A stretch of DNA of 64,000 nucleotides, from the NCBI GenBank assembly GCA_964016885.1, contig OZ024741.1:256866001-256930000 (forward strand). The letters are read 5' to 3'. Positions 26,200 through 38,560 of the stretch are shown in pieces. Source of the stretch: Eledone cirrhosa (lineage: Eukaryota). Below the pieces are notes generated by a model. It was given only the letters and a program-made list of their open reading frames with translations. It searched no databases and was not told the origin of the DNA. The position numbers and the translations under genes were made by a program. Within the stretch, counting starts at the first letter, position 1. Every line of letters begins with the position of its first letter.

Positions 26200-28515
26200 T
26201 TACGAGTGTTCTGACTTACGAGTGTTCTGACTGACGAGTGTTCTAACTTACGAGTGTTCTGACTTACGAGTGTTCTGACTTACGAGTGTTCCGACTTACG
26301 AGTGTTTCGGCTCACCAGTGTTTCGGCTTACGAGTGTTTCGACTTACGAAAATAACAAATAGACGCGGTTTCAAATCTCTATACTTTTCAAATTCATTAC
26401 ATTAATCTTTATTTATACGTTTCGCTTTACGAGTGTTTCGACTTACGAGTGTTTCGACTTACGAGTGTTTCGGCTTACGATTGTTTTGACTTACGAGTGT
26501 TTTGACTTACGGGTGTTTCGGCCTACGAGTGTTTCGACTTACGAGTGTTCTGACTTACGAGTGTTCTGACTTACGAGCGTTCCGACTTACGAGTGTTTCG
26601 GCTTACGAGTGTTCCGACTTACGAGTGTTTCGACTTACGAGTGTTTCGACTTACGAGCGTTTTGACTTACGAGTGTTTTGACTTACGGTGTTTCTGCTTA
26701 CGAGTGTTTCGACTTACGAGGGTTAAGACTTACGGGTGTTTTGACATACGAGTGTTTCGACTTACGAGTGTTACCAGTGTTCTGACTTACGAGTGTTTCG
26801 ACTTACGAGTGTTCTGACCTACGAGTGTTCTGACTTACGAGTGTTTCGACTTACGAGTGTTTTGACTTACGGGTGTTTCGACTTACGAGTGTTTCGACTT
26901 ACGAGTGTTTCGAGTTACGGGTGTTTCGACTTACGAGTGTTTTGACTTACGAGTGTTAAGACTTACGGGTGTTTTGACATACGAGTGTTTCGATACGAGT
27001 GTTTCGACTTACGAGTGTTTTGACTTACGGGTGTTTTGACATACGAGTGTTTCGAAACGAGTGTTTCGACTACGAGTGTTTCGACTTACGAGTGTTTCGG
27101 CTTACGAGTGTTTCGACATACGGGTGTTTCGATTTACGGTGTTTCGGCTTACGAGTGTTTCGACTTACGAATGTTCTGACTTACGAGTGTTCTGACTTAC
27201 GAGTGTTCTGACTTACGAGTGTTCTGACTTACGATTGTTCCGACTTACGAGTGTTTCGGCTTACGAGTGTTTCGGCTTACGAGTGTTTCGACTTACGAGT
27301 GTTTCGATTTACGAGTGTTTCGACTTACGAGTGCTTTGACTTACGGTGTTTCGGCTTACGAGTGTTTCGACTTACGAGTGATTTGACTTACTGGTGTTTT
27401 GACATACGAGGGTTTCGATACGAGTGTTTCGACTTACGAGTGTTTTAACTTACGGTTGTTTCGAATTACGCGTGTTTCGACTACGAATGTTCCGACTTAC
27501 GAGTGTTTCGACTTACGAGTGTTTCGACTTACGAGTGCTTTGACTTACGAATGTTTTGACTTACTTCGACTTACGAGTGATCTGACTTACGAGTGTTCCT
27601 ACTTACGAGTGTTTCGACTTACGAGTGTTTCGACTTGCGAGTGTTTCGACATACGAGTGTTTCGACTTACGAAAATAACAAATAGACGCGGTTTCAAATC
27701 TCTATGCTTTTCAAATTCATTACATTAATCTTTATTTATACGTTTCGCTTTACGAGTGTTTCGAGTTACGAGTGTTTCGACATACGAGTGATTCGGCTAA
27801 CGAGTGTTTTGATTTACGAGTGTTTTGACTTACGGGTGCTTCGACTTACGCGTGTTTCGACTTACGAGTGTTTCGACTTACGAGTGTTTCGACTTACGAT
27901 TGTTTCGGCTTACGAATGTTTCGACTTACGAGTGTTCTGACTACGAGTGTTCTGACTTACGGGTGTTCTGACTTACGAGTGTTCCGACTTACGAGTGTTT
28001 CGGCTTATGAGTGTTTCGACTTACAAGTGCTTCGACTTACGAGTGTTTCGGCTTACGGGTGTTTCGACTTACGAATGTTTTTGCTTACGAGTGTTTCGGC
28101 TTACGAGTGTTTCGGCTTATGAGTGTTTCGACTTACAAGTGTTTTGACTTACGGGTGTTTTGACATACGAGTGTTTCGATACGAGTGTTCTGACTTACGA
28201 GTGTTTCCGCTTACGAGTGTTTCGGCTTACGAGTGTTTCGACTTACTAATGTTTTTACTTACGAGTGTTTCGGTGTACGAGTGTTTCGACTTAAGGATGT
28301 TTCGACTTACGAGTGTTTCGACTTACGAGTGTTTCGACTTACGAGTGTTTCGACTTACGAGTGTTTTGGCTTACGAATGTTTTGACATACGGGTGTTTCG
28401 ACTTACGGGTGTTTCGGCTTACGAGTGTTTCGACTTATGAGTGTTCCGACTTACGAGTGTTTCGACTTACGAGTGTTCTGACTACGAGTGTTCTGACTTA
28501 CGTGTGCTCTGACTT
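26200..28515 (+). repeat. Dispersed near-identical copy of about 590-2905 (offset 25610)
   Basis: ORF pairs 983/26593, 1389/26999, 1641/27251, 1789/27399, 2094/27704, 2258/27868 and 2513/28123, and linkers 740/26350 and 2063/27673. Confidence 0.9.
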
Positions 28516-30260
28516 ACCAGTGTTCTGACTTACGAGTGTTTCGACTTACGAGTGTTCTGACCTACGAGTGTTCTGACTTACGAGTGTTTCGACTTACGAG
28601 TGTTTTGACTTACGGGTGTTTCGACTTACGAGTGTTTCGACTTACGAGTGTTTCGAGTTACGGGTGTTTCGACTTACGAGTGTTTTGACTTACGAGTGTT
28701 AAGACTTACGGGTGTTTTGACATACGAGTGTTTCGATACGAGTGTTTCGACTTACGAGTGTTTTGACTTACGGGTGTTTTGACATACGAGTGTTTCGAAA
28801 CGAGTGTTTCGACTACGAGTGTTTCGACTTACGAGTGTTTCGGCTTACGAGTGTTTCGACATACGGGTGTTTCGATTTACGGTGTTTCGGCTTACGAGTG
28901 TTTCGACTTACGAATGTTCTGACTTACGAGTGTTCTGACTTACGAGTGTTCTGACTTACGAGTGTTCTGACTTACGATTGTTCCGACTTACGAGTGTTTC
29001 GGCTTACGAGTGTTTCGGCTTACGAGTGTTTCGACTTACGAGTGTTTCGATTTACGAGTGTTTCGACTTACGAGTGCTTTGACTTACGGTGTTTCGGCTT
29101 ACGAGTGTTTCGACTTACGAGTGATTTGACTTACTGGTGTTTTGACATACGAGGGTTTCGATACGAGTGTTTCGACTTACGAGTGTTTTAACTTACGGTT
29201 GTTTCGAATTACGCGTGTTTCGACTACGAATGTTCCGACTTACGAGTGTTTCGACTTACGAGTGTTTCGACTTACGAGTGCTTTGACTTACGAATGTTTT
29301 GACTTACTTCGACTTACGAGTGATCTGACTTACGAGTGTTCCTACTTACGAGTGTTTCGACTTACGAGTGTTTCGACTTGCGAGTGTTTCGACATACGAG
29401 TGTTTCGACTTACGAAAATAACAAATAGACGCGGTTTCAAATCTCTATGCTTTTCAAATTCATTACATTAATCTTTATTTATACGTTTCGCTTTACGAGT
29501 GTTTCGAGTTACGAGTGTTTCGACATACGAGTGATTCGGCTAACGAGTGTTTTGATTTACGAGTGTTTTGACTTACGGGTGCTTCGACTTACGCGTGTTT
29601 CGACTTACGAGTGTTTCGACTTACGAGTGTTTCGACTTACGATTGTTTCGGCTTACGAATGTTTCGACTTACGAGTGTTCTGACTACGAGTGTTCTGACT
29701 TACGGGTGTTCTGACTTACGAGTGTTCCGACTTACGAGTGTTTCGGCTTATGAGTGTTTCGACTTACAAGTGCTTCGACTTACGAGTGTTTCGGCTTACG
29801 GGTGTTTCGACTTACGAATGTTTTTGCTTACGAGTGTTTCGGCTTACGAGTGTTTCGGCTTATGAGTGTTTCGACTTACAAGTGTTTTGACTTACGGGTG
29901 TTTTGACATACGAGTGTTTCGATACGAGTGTTCTGACTTACGAGTGTTTCCGCTTACGAGTGTTTCGGCTTACGAGTGTTTCGACTTACTAATGTTTTTA
30001 CTTACGAGTGTTTCGATGTACGAGTGTTTCGACTTAAGGATGTTTCGACTTACGAGTGTTTCGACTTACGAGTGTTTCGACTTACGAGTGTTTCGACTTA
30101 CGAGTGTTTTGGCTTACGAATGTTTTGACATACGGGTGTTTCGACTTACGGGTGTTTCGGCTTACGAGTGTTTCGACTTATGAGTGTTCCGACTTACGAG
30201 TGTTTCGACTTACGAGTGTTCTGACTACGAGTGTTCTGACTTACGTGTGCTCTGACTTAC
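26771..30260 (+). repeat. Higher-order tandem duplication, period 1743 bp (2 copies)
   Basis: Offset 1743 for 26999/28742, 27251/28994, 27399/29142, 27704/29447, 27868/29611 and 28123/29866. The junction falls at TTACCAG, 28514 versus 26771. Confidence 0.93.
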
Positions 30261-33199
30261 GAGTGTTTCGACTTACGAGTGTTCCGACTTACGAGTGTTT
30301 CGACTTACGAGTGTTTCGACTTACGAGCGTTTTGACTTACGAGTGTTTTGACTTACGGTGTTTCTGCTTACGAGTGTTTAGACTTACGAGGGTTAAGACT
30401 TACGGGTGTTTTGACATACGAGTGTTTCGACTTACGAGTGTTACGAGTGTTCTGACTTACGAGTGTTTCGACTTACGAGTGTTCTGACCTACGAGTGTTC
30501 TGACTTACGAGTGTTTCGACTTACGAGTGTTTCGACTTATGAGTGTTCCGACTTACGAGTGTTTCGACTTACGAGTGTTCTGACTACGAGTGTTCTGACT
30601 TACGGGTGCTCTGACTTACGAGTGTTTCGACTTACGAGTGTTTCGACTTATGAGTGTTTCGGCTTACGAGTGTTTTGACTTACGAGTGTTCTGACTACGA
30701 GTGTTCTGACTTACGAGTGTTTCGGCTTATGAGTGTTTCGACTTACGAGTGTTTCGGCTTATGAGTGTTTCGACTTACGAGTGTTTCGGCTTACGAGTGT
30801 TTCGACTTACGAGTGTTTCGACTTACGAGTGTTTCAACTTACGAGTGTTTCGACTTACGAGTGTTTCGACTTACGGGTGTTTCGACTTACGAGTGTTTCG
30901 ACTACGAGTGTTTCGACTTACGAGTGTTTCGGCTTACGAGTGTTTCGACATACGGGTGTTTCGACTTACGGTGTTTCGGCTTACGAGTGTTTCGACTTAC
31001 GAGTGTTCTGACTTACGAGTGTTCTGACTTACGAGTGTTTCGGCTTACGAGTGTTTCGGCTTACGAGTGTTTCGGCTTACGAGTGTTTCGACTTACGGTG
31101 TTTCGGCTTACGAGTGTTTCGACTTACGAGTGTTTTGACTTACTGGTGTTTTGACATACGAGTGTTTCGATACGAGTGTTTCGACTTACGAGTGTTCTGA
31201 CTTACGAGTGTTCTGACTTACGAGTGTTCTAACTTACGAGTGTTCTGACTTACGAGTGTTCTGACTTACGAGTGTTCCGACTTACGAGTGTTTCGGCTCA
31301 CCAGTGTTTCGGCTTACGAGTGTTTCGACTTACGAAAATAACAAATAGACGCGGTTTCAAATCTCTATGCTTTTCATATTCATTACATTAATCTTTATTT
31401 ATACGTTTCGCCTTACGAGTGTTTCGACTTACGAGTGTTTCGACTTACGAGTGTTTCGGCTTACGAGTGTTTCGACTTACGAGTGTTTTGACTTACGGGT
31501 GTTTTGACATACGAGTGTTTCGATACGAGTGTTCTGACTTACGAGTGTTCTGACTTACGAGTGTTCTGACTTACGAGTGTTCTGACTTACGAGTGTTCCG
31601 ATTTACGAGTGTTTCGGCTTATGAGTGTTTCGACATACGAATGTTTTTGCTTACGGGTGTTTCGACTTACGAATGTTTTTGCTTACGAGTGTTTCGGCTT
31701 ACGAGTGTTTCGACTTACGAGTGTTTCGGCTTACGAGTGTTTTGACTTACGAATGTTCTGACTACGAGTGTTCTGACTTACGAGTGTTTCGGCTTACGAG
31801 TGTTTCGACATACGGGTGTTTCGACTTACGGTGTTTCGGCTTACGAGTGTTTCGACTTACGAGTGTTCTGACTTACGAGTGTTCTGACTTACGAGTGTTC
31901 TGACTTACGAGTGTTCCGACTTACGAGTGTTTCGGCTTACGAGTGTTTCGGCTTACGAGTGTTTCGGCTTACGAGTGTTTCGACTTACGAGTGTTTCGAC
32001 TTACGAGTGTTTCGACTTACGAGTGTTTTGACTTACGGTGTTTCGGCTTACGAGTGTTTCGACTTACGAGTGTTTTGACTTACTGGTGTTTTGACATACG
32101 AGTGTTTCGATACGAGTGTTTCGACTTACGAGTGTTCTGACTTACGAGTGTTCTGACTTACGAGTGTTCTGACTGACGAGTGTTCTAACTTACGAGTGTT
32201 CTGACTTACGAGTGTTCTGACTTACGAGTGTTCCGACTTACGAGTGTTTCGGCTCACCAGTGTTTCGGCTTACGAGTGTTTCGACTTACGAAAATAACAA
32301 ATAGACGCGGTTTCAAATCTCTATACTTTTCAAATTCATTACATTAATCTTTATTTATACGTTTCGCTTTACGAATGTTTCGACTTACGAGTGTTTCGAC
32401 TTACGAGTGTTTCGGCTTACGATTGTTTTGACTTACGAGTGTTTTGACTTACGGGTGTTTCGGCCTACGAGTGTTTCGACTTACGAGTGTTCTGACTTAC
32501 GAGTGTTCTGACTTACGAGCGTTCCGACTTACGAGTGTTTCGGCTTACGAGTGTTCCGACTTACGAGTGTTTCGACTTACGAGTGTTTCGACTTACGAGC
32601 GTTTTGACTTACGAGTGTTTTGACTTACGGTGTTTCTGCTTACGAGTGTTTCGACTTACGAGGGTTAAGACTTACGGGTGTTTTGACATACGAGTGTTTC
32701 GACTTACGAGTGTTACCAGTGTTCTGACTTACGAGTGTTTCGACTTACGAGTGTTCTGACCTACGAGTGTTCTGACTTACGAGTGTTTCGACTTACGAGT
32801 GTTTTGACTTACTGGTGTTTCGACTTACGAGTGTTTCGACTTACGAGTGTTTCGAGTTACGGGTGTTTCGACTTACGAGTGTTTTGACTTACGAGTGTTA
32901 AGACTTACGGGTGTTTTGACATACGAGTGTTTCGATACGAGTGTTTCGACTTACGAGTGTTTTGACTTACGGGTGTTTTGACATACGAGTGTTTCGAAAC
33001 GAGTGTTTCGACTACGAGTGTTTCGACTTACGAGTGTTTCGGCTTACGAGTGTTTCGACATACGGGTGTTTCGATTTACGGTGTTTCGGCTTACGAGTGT
33101 TTCGACTTACGAATGTTCTGACTTACGAGTGTTCTGACTTACGAGTGTTCTGACTTACGAGTGTTCTGACTTACGATTGTTCCGACTTACGAGTGTTTC

Positions 33200-36100
33200 G
33201 GCTTACGAGTGTTTCGGCTTACGAGTGTTTTGACTTACGAGTGTTCTGACTACGAGTGTTCTGACTTACGGGTGTTCTGACTTACGAGTGTTCCGACTTA
33301 CGAGTGTTTCGGCTAATGAGTGTTTCGACTTACGGGCGTTTCGACTTACGGGTGTTTCGACTTACGAGTGTTTTGACTTATGAGTGTTCAGACTTACGAG
33401 TGTTCTGACTTACGAGTGTTCCGACTTACGACTGTTTCGACTTACGAGTGTTTTGACTTACGAGTGTTCCGACTTACGATTGTTTCGGCTTACGGGTGTT
33501 TCGACGTACGAGTATTTTTGGCTTACGAGTGTTTCGACTTACGAGTGTTTTGAATTACGATTGTTTCGGCTTACGAGTGTTTCGACTTACGAGTATTTCG
33601 ACGTACGAGTTTTTTTTCCTTACGGTGTTTCGGCTTACGAGTGTTTCGACTTATGAGTGTTTCGACTTACGAGTGTTCTGACTTACAAGTGTTCTGACTT
33701 GCGAGTGTTCCGACTTACGAGTGTTTCGGCTTACGAGTGTTTCGACATACGAGTGTTTTGACTTACGGATGTTTCGACTTACGGGTGTTTCGACTTACGA
33801 GTGTTTCGACTTACGAGTGTTTCGGCTTACGAGTGGTTTGACTTACGAGTGTTCTGACTACGAGTGTTCTGTCTTACGAGTGTTTCGACTTACGAGTGTT
33901 TCGGCTTATGAGTGTTTCGACTCACGAGTGTTTCGGCTTACGAGTGTTTCGACTTACGAGTGTTTCGACTTACGGGTGTTTCGACTTACGAGTGTTTCGA
34001 CTACGAATGTTTCGACTTACGAGTGTTTCGGCTTACGAGTGTTTCGACTTATGGGTGTTTCGACTTACGAGTGTTTTTACTTACGGTGTTTCGGCTTACG
34101 AGTGTTTCGACATACGAGTGTTTTGACTTACGGGTGTTTCGACTTACGAGTGTTTCGACTTACGAATGTTTTGACTTACGGGTGTTTCGGCTTACGATTG
34201 TTTCGATTTATGAGTGTTTCGGCTTACGAGTGTTTCGACTTACTAATGTTTTTACTTACGAGTGTTTCGGCGTACGAGAGTTTTGACTTACGAGTGTTTC
34301 TACTTACGAGTGTTTCGACTTACGAGTGTTTTGACTTACGAATGTTTTGACTTACGGGTGTTTCGGCTTACGAGTGTTTCGACTTACGAGCCTTTCGGCT
34401 TACGAGTGTTTCGACTTACTAATGTTTTTACTTACGAGTGTTTCGGCGTACGAGTGTTTCGACTTACGAGTGTTTCGACTTACGGGTGTTTTGACTTACG
34501 GGTGTTTCGGCTTACGAGTGTTTCGACTTACGAGTGTTTTGACTTAAGGGTGTTTCGACTTACGAGTATTTTTGGCTTACGAGTGTTTCGACTTACGAGT
34601 GTTTTGACTTACGAGTGTTCTAATTTACGGATGTTTCGACATACGAGTGTTTTGACTTACGAGTGTTTTGACTTATGAGTGTTTCGACTTACGAGTGTTT
34701 CGGCTTACGAGTGGTTTGACTTACGAGTGTTCTGACTACGAGTGTTTTGACTTACGAGTGTTTCGGCTTATGAGTGTTTCGACTTACGAGTGTTTCGGCT
34801 TATGAGTGTTTCGACTTACGTGTGTTTCGTTTTACGAGTGTTTCGACTTACGAGTGTTTCGACTTACGGGTGTTTCGACTTACGAGTGTTTCGACTACGA
34901 GTGTTTCGACTTACGAGTGTTTCGGCTTACGAGTGTTTCGACATACGGGTGTTTCGACTTACGATGTTTCGGCTTACGAGTGTTTCGACTTACGAGTATT
35001 CTGACTTACGGGTGTTTCGACTTATGGGTGTTTCGACTTAAGAGTGTTTCGACTTACGAGCGCTTCGACTTACGAGTGTTTCGACTTACGAGTGTTCCGG
35101 CTTACGAGTGTTTCGGCTTACGAGTGTTTCGACTTACGAGTGTTCCGGCTTACGCGTGTTTCGACTTACGAGTGTTTCGGCTTATGAGTGTTTCGACTTA
35201 CGAGTGCTTCGGCTTACGAGTGTTTCGACTTACGAGTGTTTCGGCTTACGAGAGTTTCGACTTACGAATGTTTTGGCTTACGAGTGTTTCGCCTTACGAG
35301 TGTTTCGACTTACGGGTGTTTCGACTTACGGGTGTTCCGACTTAAGAGTGATTCGACTTACGGGCGCTTCGACTTACGAGTGTTCCGACTTACGAGTGTT
35401 CCGGCTTACGAGTGTTTCGGCTTACGAGTATTTCGACTTACGAGTGTTCCGGCTTACGCGTGTTTCGACTTACGAGTGTTTCGGCTTATGAGTGTTTCGA
35501 CTTACGAGTGCTTCGGCTTACGAGTGTTTCGACTTACGAGTGTTTCGGCTTACGAGAGTTTCGACTTACGAATGTTTTGGCTTACGAGTGTTTCGGCTTA
35601 CGAGTGTTTCGGCTTACGAGTGTTTCGGCTTACGAGTGTTTCGGCTTACGAGTGTTTTGACTTACGAGTGTTCTGACTACGAGTGTTCTGACTTACGGGT
35701 GTTCTGACTTACGAGTGTTCCGACTTACGAGTGTTTCGGCTAATGAGTGTTTCGACTTACGGGCGTTTCGACTTACGGGTGTTTCGACTTACGAGTGTTT
35801 TGACTTATGAGTGTTCAGACTTACGAGTGTTCTGACTTACGAGTGTTCCGACTTACGACTGTTTCGACTTACGAGTGTTTTGACTTACGAGTGTTCCGAC
35901 TTACGATTGTTTCGGCTTACGGGTGTTTCGACGTACGAGTATTTTTGGCTTACGAGTGTTTCGACTTACGAGTGTTTTGAATTACGATTGTTTCGGCTTA
36001 CGAGTGTTTCGACTTACGAGTATTTCGACGTACGAGTTTTTTCCTTACGGTGTTTCGGCTTACGAGTGTTTCGACTTATGAGTGTTTCGACTTACGAGTG

Positions 36101-38560
36101 TTCTGACTTACGAGTGTTCTGACTTGCGAGTGTTCCGACTTACGAGTGTTTCGGCTTACGAGTGTTTCGGCATACGAGTGTTTTGACTTACGGATGTTTC
36201 GACTTACGGGTGTTTCGACTTACGAGTGTTTCGACTTACGAGTGTTTCGGCTTACGAGTGGTTTGACTTACGAGTGTTCTGACTACGAGTGTTCTGTCTT
36301 ACGAGTGTTTCGACTTACGAGTGTTTCGGCTTATGAGTGTTTCGACTCACGAGTGTTTCGGCTTACGAGTGTTTCGACTTACGAGTGTTTCGACTTACGG
36401 GTGTTTCGACTTACGAGTGTTTCGACTACGAATGTTTCGACTTACGAGTGTTTCGGATTACGAGTGTTTCGACTTATGGGTGTTTCGACTTACGAGTGTT
36501 TTTACTTACGGTGTTTCGGCTTACGAGTGTTTCGACATACGAGTGTTTTGACTTACGGGTGTTTCGACTTACGAGTGTTTCGACTTACGAATGTTTTGAC
36601 TTACGGGTGTTTCGGCTTACGATTGTTTCGATTTATGAGTGTTTCGGCTTACGAGTGTTTCGACTTACTAATGTTTTTACTTACGAGTGTTTCGGCGTAC
36701 GAGAGTTTTGACTTACGAGTGTTTCTACTTACGAGTGTTTCGACTTACGAGTGTTTTGACTTACGAATGTTTTGACTTACGGGTGTTTCGGCTTACGAGT
36801 GTTTCGACTTACGAGTCTTTCGGCTTACGAGTGTTTCGACTTACTAATGTTTTTACTTACGAGTGTTTCGGCGTACGAGTGTTTCGACTTACGAGTGTTT
36901 CGACTTACGGGTGTTTTGACTTACGGGTGTTTCGGCTTACGAGTGTTTCGACTTACGAGTGTTTTGACTTAAGGGTGTTTCGACTTACGAGTATTTTTGG
37001 CTTACGAGTGTTTCGACTTACGAGTGTTTTGACTTACGAGTGTTCTAATTTACGGATGTTTCGACATACGAGTGTTTTGACTTACGAGTGTTTTGACTTA
37101 TGAGTGTTTCGACTTACGAGTGTTTCGGCTTACGAGTGGTTTGACTTACGAGTGTTCTGACTACGAGTGTTTTGACTTACGAGTGTTTCGGCTTATGAGT
37201 GTTTCGACTTACGAGTGTTTCGGCTTATGAGTGTTTCGACTTACGTGTGTTTCGTTTTACGAGTGTTTCGACTTACGAGTGTTTCGACTTACGGGTGTTT
37301 CGACTTACGAGTGTTTCGACTACGAGTGTTTCGACTTACGAGTGTTTCGGCTTACGAGTGTTTCGACATACGGGTGTTTCGACTTACGATGTTTCGGCTT
37401 ACGAGTGTTTCGACTTACGAGTATTCTGACTTACGGGTGTTTCGACTTATGGGTGTTTCGACTTAAGAGTGTTTCGACTTACGAGCGCTTCGACTTACGA
37501 GTGTTTCGACTTACGAGTGTTCCGGCTTACGAGTGTTTCGGCTTACGAGTGTTTCGACTTACGAGTGTTCCGGCTTACGCGTGTTTCGACTTACGAGTGT
37601 TTCGGCTTATGAGTGTTTCGACTTACGAGTGCTTCGGCTTACGAGTGTTTCGACTTACGAGTGTTTCGGCTTACGAGAGTTTCGACTTACGAATGTTTTG
37701 GCTTACGAGTGTTTCGCCTTACGAGTGTTTCGACTTACGGGTGTTTCGACTTACGGGTGTTCCGACTTAAGAGTGATTCGACTTACGGGCGCTTCGACTT
37801 ACGAGTGTTCCGACTTACGAGTGTTCCGGCTTACGAGTGTTTCGGCTTACGAGTATTTCGACTTACGAGTGTTCCGGCTTACGCGTGTTTCGACTTACGA
37901 GTGTTTCGGCTTATGAGTGTTTCGACTTACGAGTGCTTCGGCTTACGAGTGTTTCGACTTACGAGTGTTTCGGCTTACGAGAGTTTCGACTTACGAATGT
38001 TTTGGCTTACGAGTGTTTCGGCTTACGAGTGTTTCGGCTTACGAGTGTTTCGGCTTACGAGTGTTTCGGCTTACGAGTGTTTTGACTTACGAGTGTTCTG
38101 ACTACGAGTGTTCTGACTTACGGGTGTTCTGACTTACGAGTGTTCCGACTTACGAGTGTTTCGGCTAATGAGTGTTTCGACTTACGGGCGTTTCGACTTA
38201 CGGGTGTTTCGACTTACGAGTGTTTTGACTTATGAGTGTTCAGACTTACGAGTGTTCTGACTTACGAGTGTTCCGATTTACGACTGTTTCGACTTACGAG
38301 TGTTTTGACTTACGAGTGTTCCGACTTACGATTGTTTCGGCTTACGGGTGTTTCGACGTACGAGTATTTTTGGCTTACGAGTGTTTCGACTTACGAGTGT
38401 TTTGAATTACGATTGTTTCGGCTTACGAGTGTTTCGACTTACGAGTATTTCGACGTACAAGTTTTTTTTCCTTACGGTGTTTCGGCTTCCGAGTGTTTCG
38501 ACTTATGAGTGTTTCGACTTACGAGTGTTCTGACTTACGAGTGTTCTGACTTGCGAGTGT
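33200..38560 (+). repeat. Linker-free higher-order tandem repeat, period 2425-2427 bp (about 2.2 copies), with an internal 304-bp (19-monomer) duplication
   Basis: ORF series 33384/35811/38236, 33721/36146, 34262/36687 and 35108/37533. Internal pairs 35108/35412 and 35188/35492 are offset 304. Confidence 0.92.

Noticed and set aside
36031-36050. 6-T versus 8-T tract distinguishing the 2425 and 2427 periods
   Set aside because: A homopolymer length difference may be sequencing error, so it was not treated as a biological signal.
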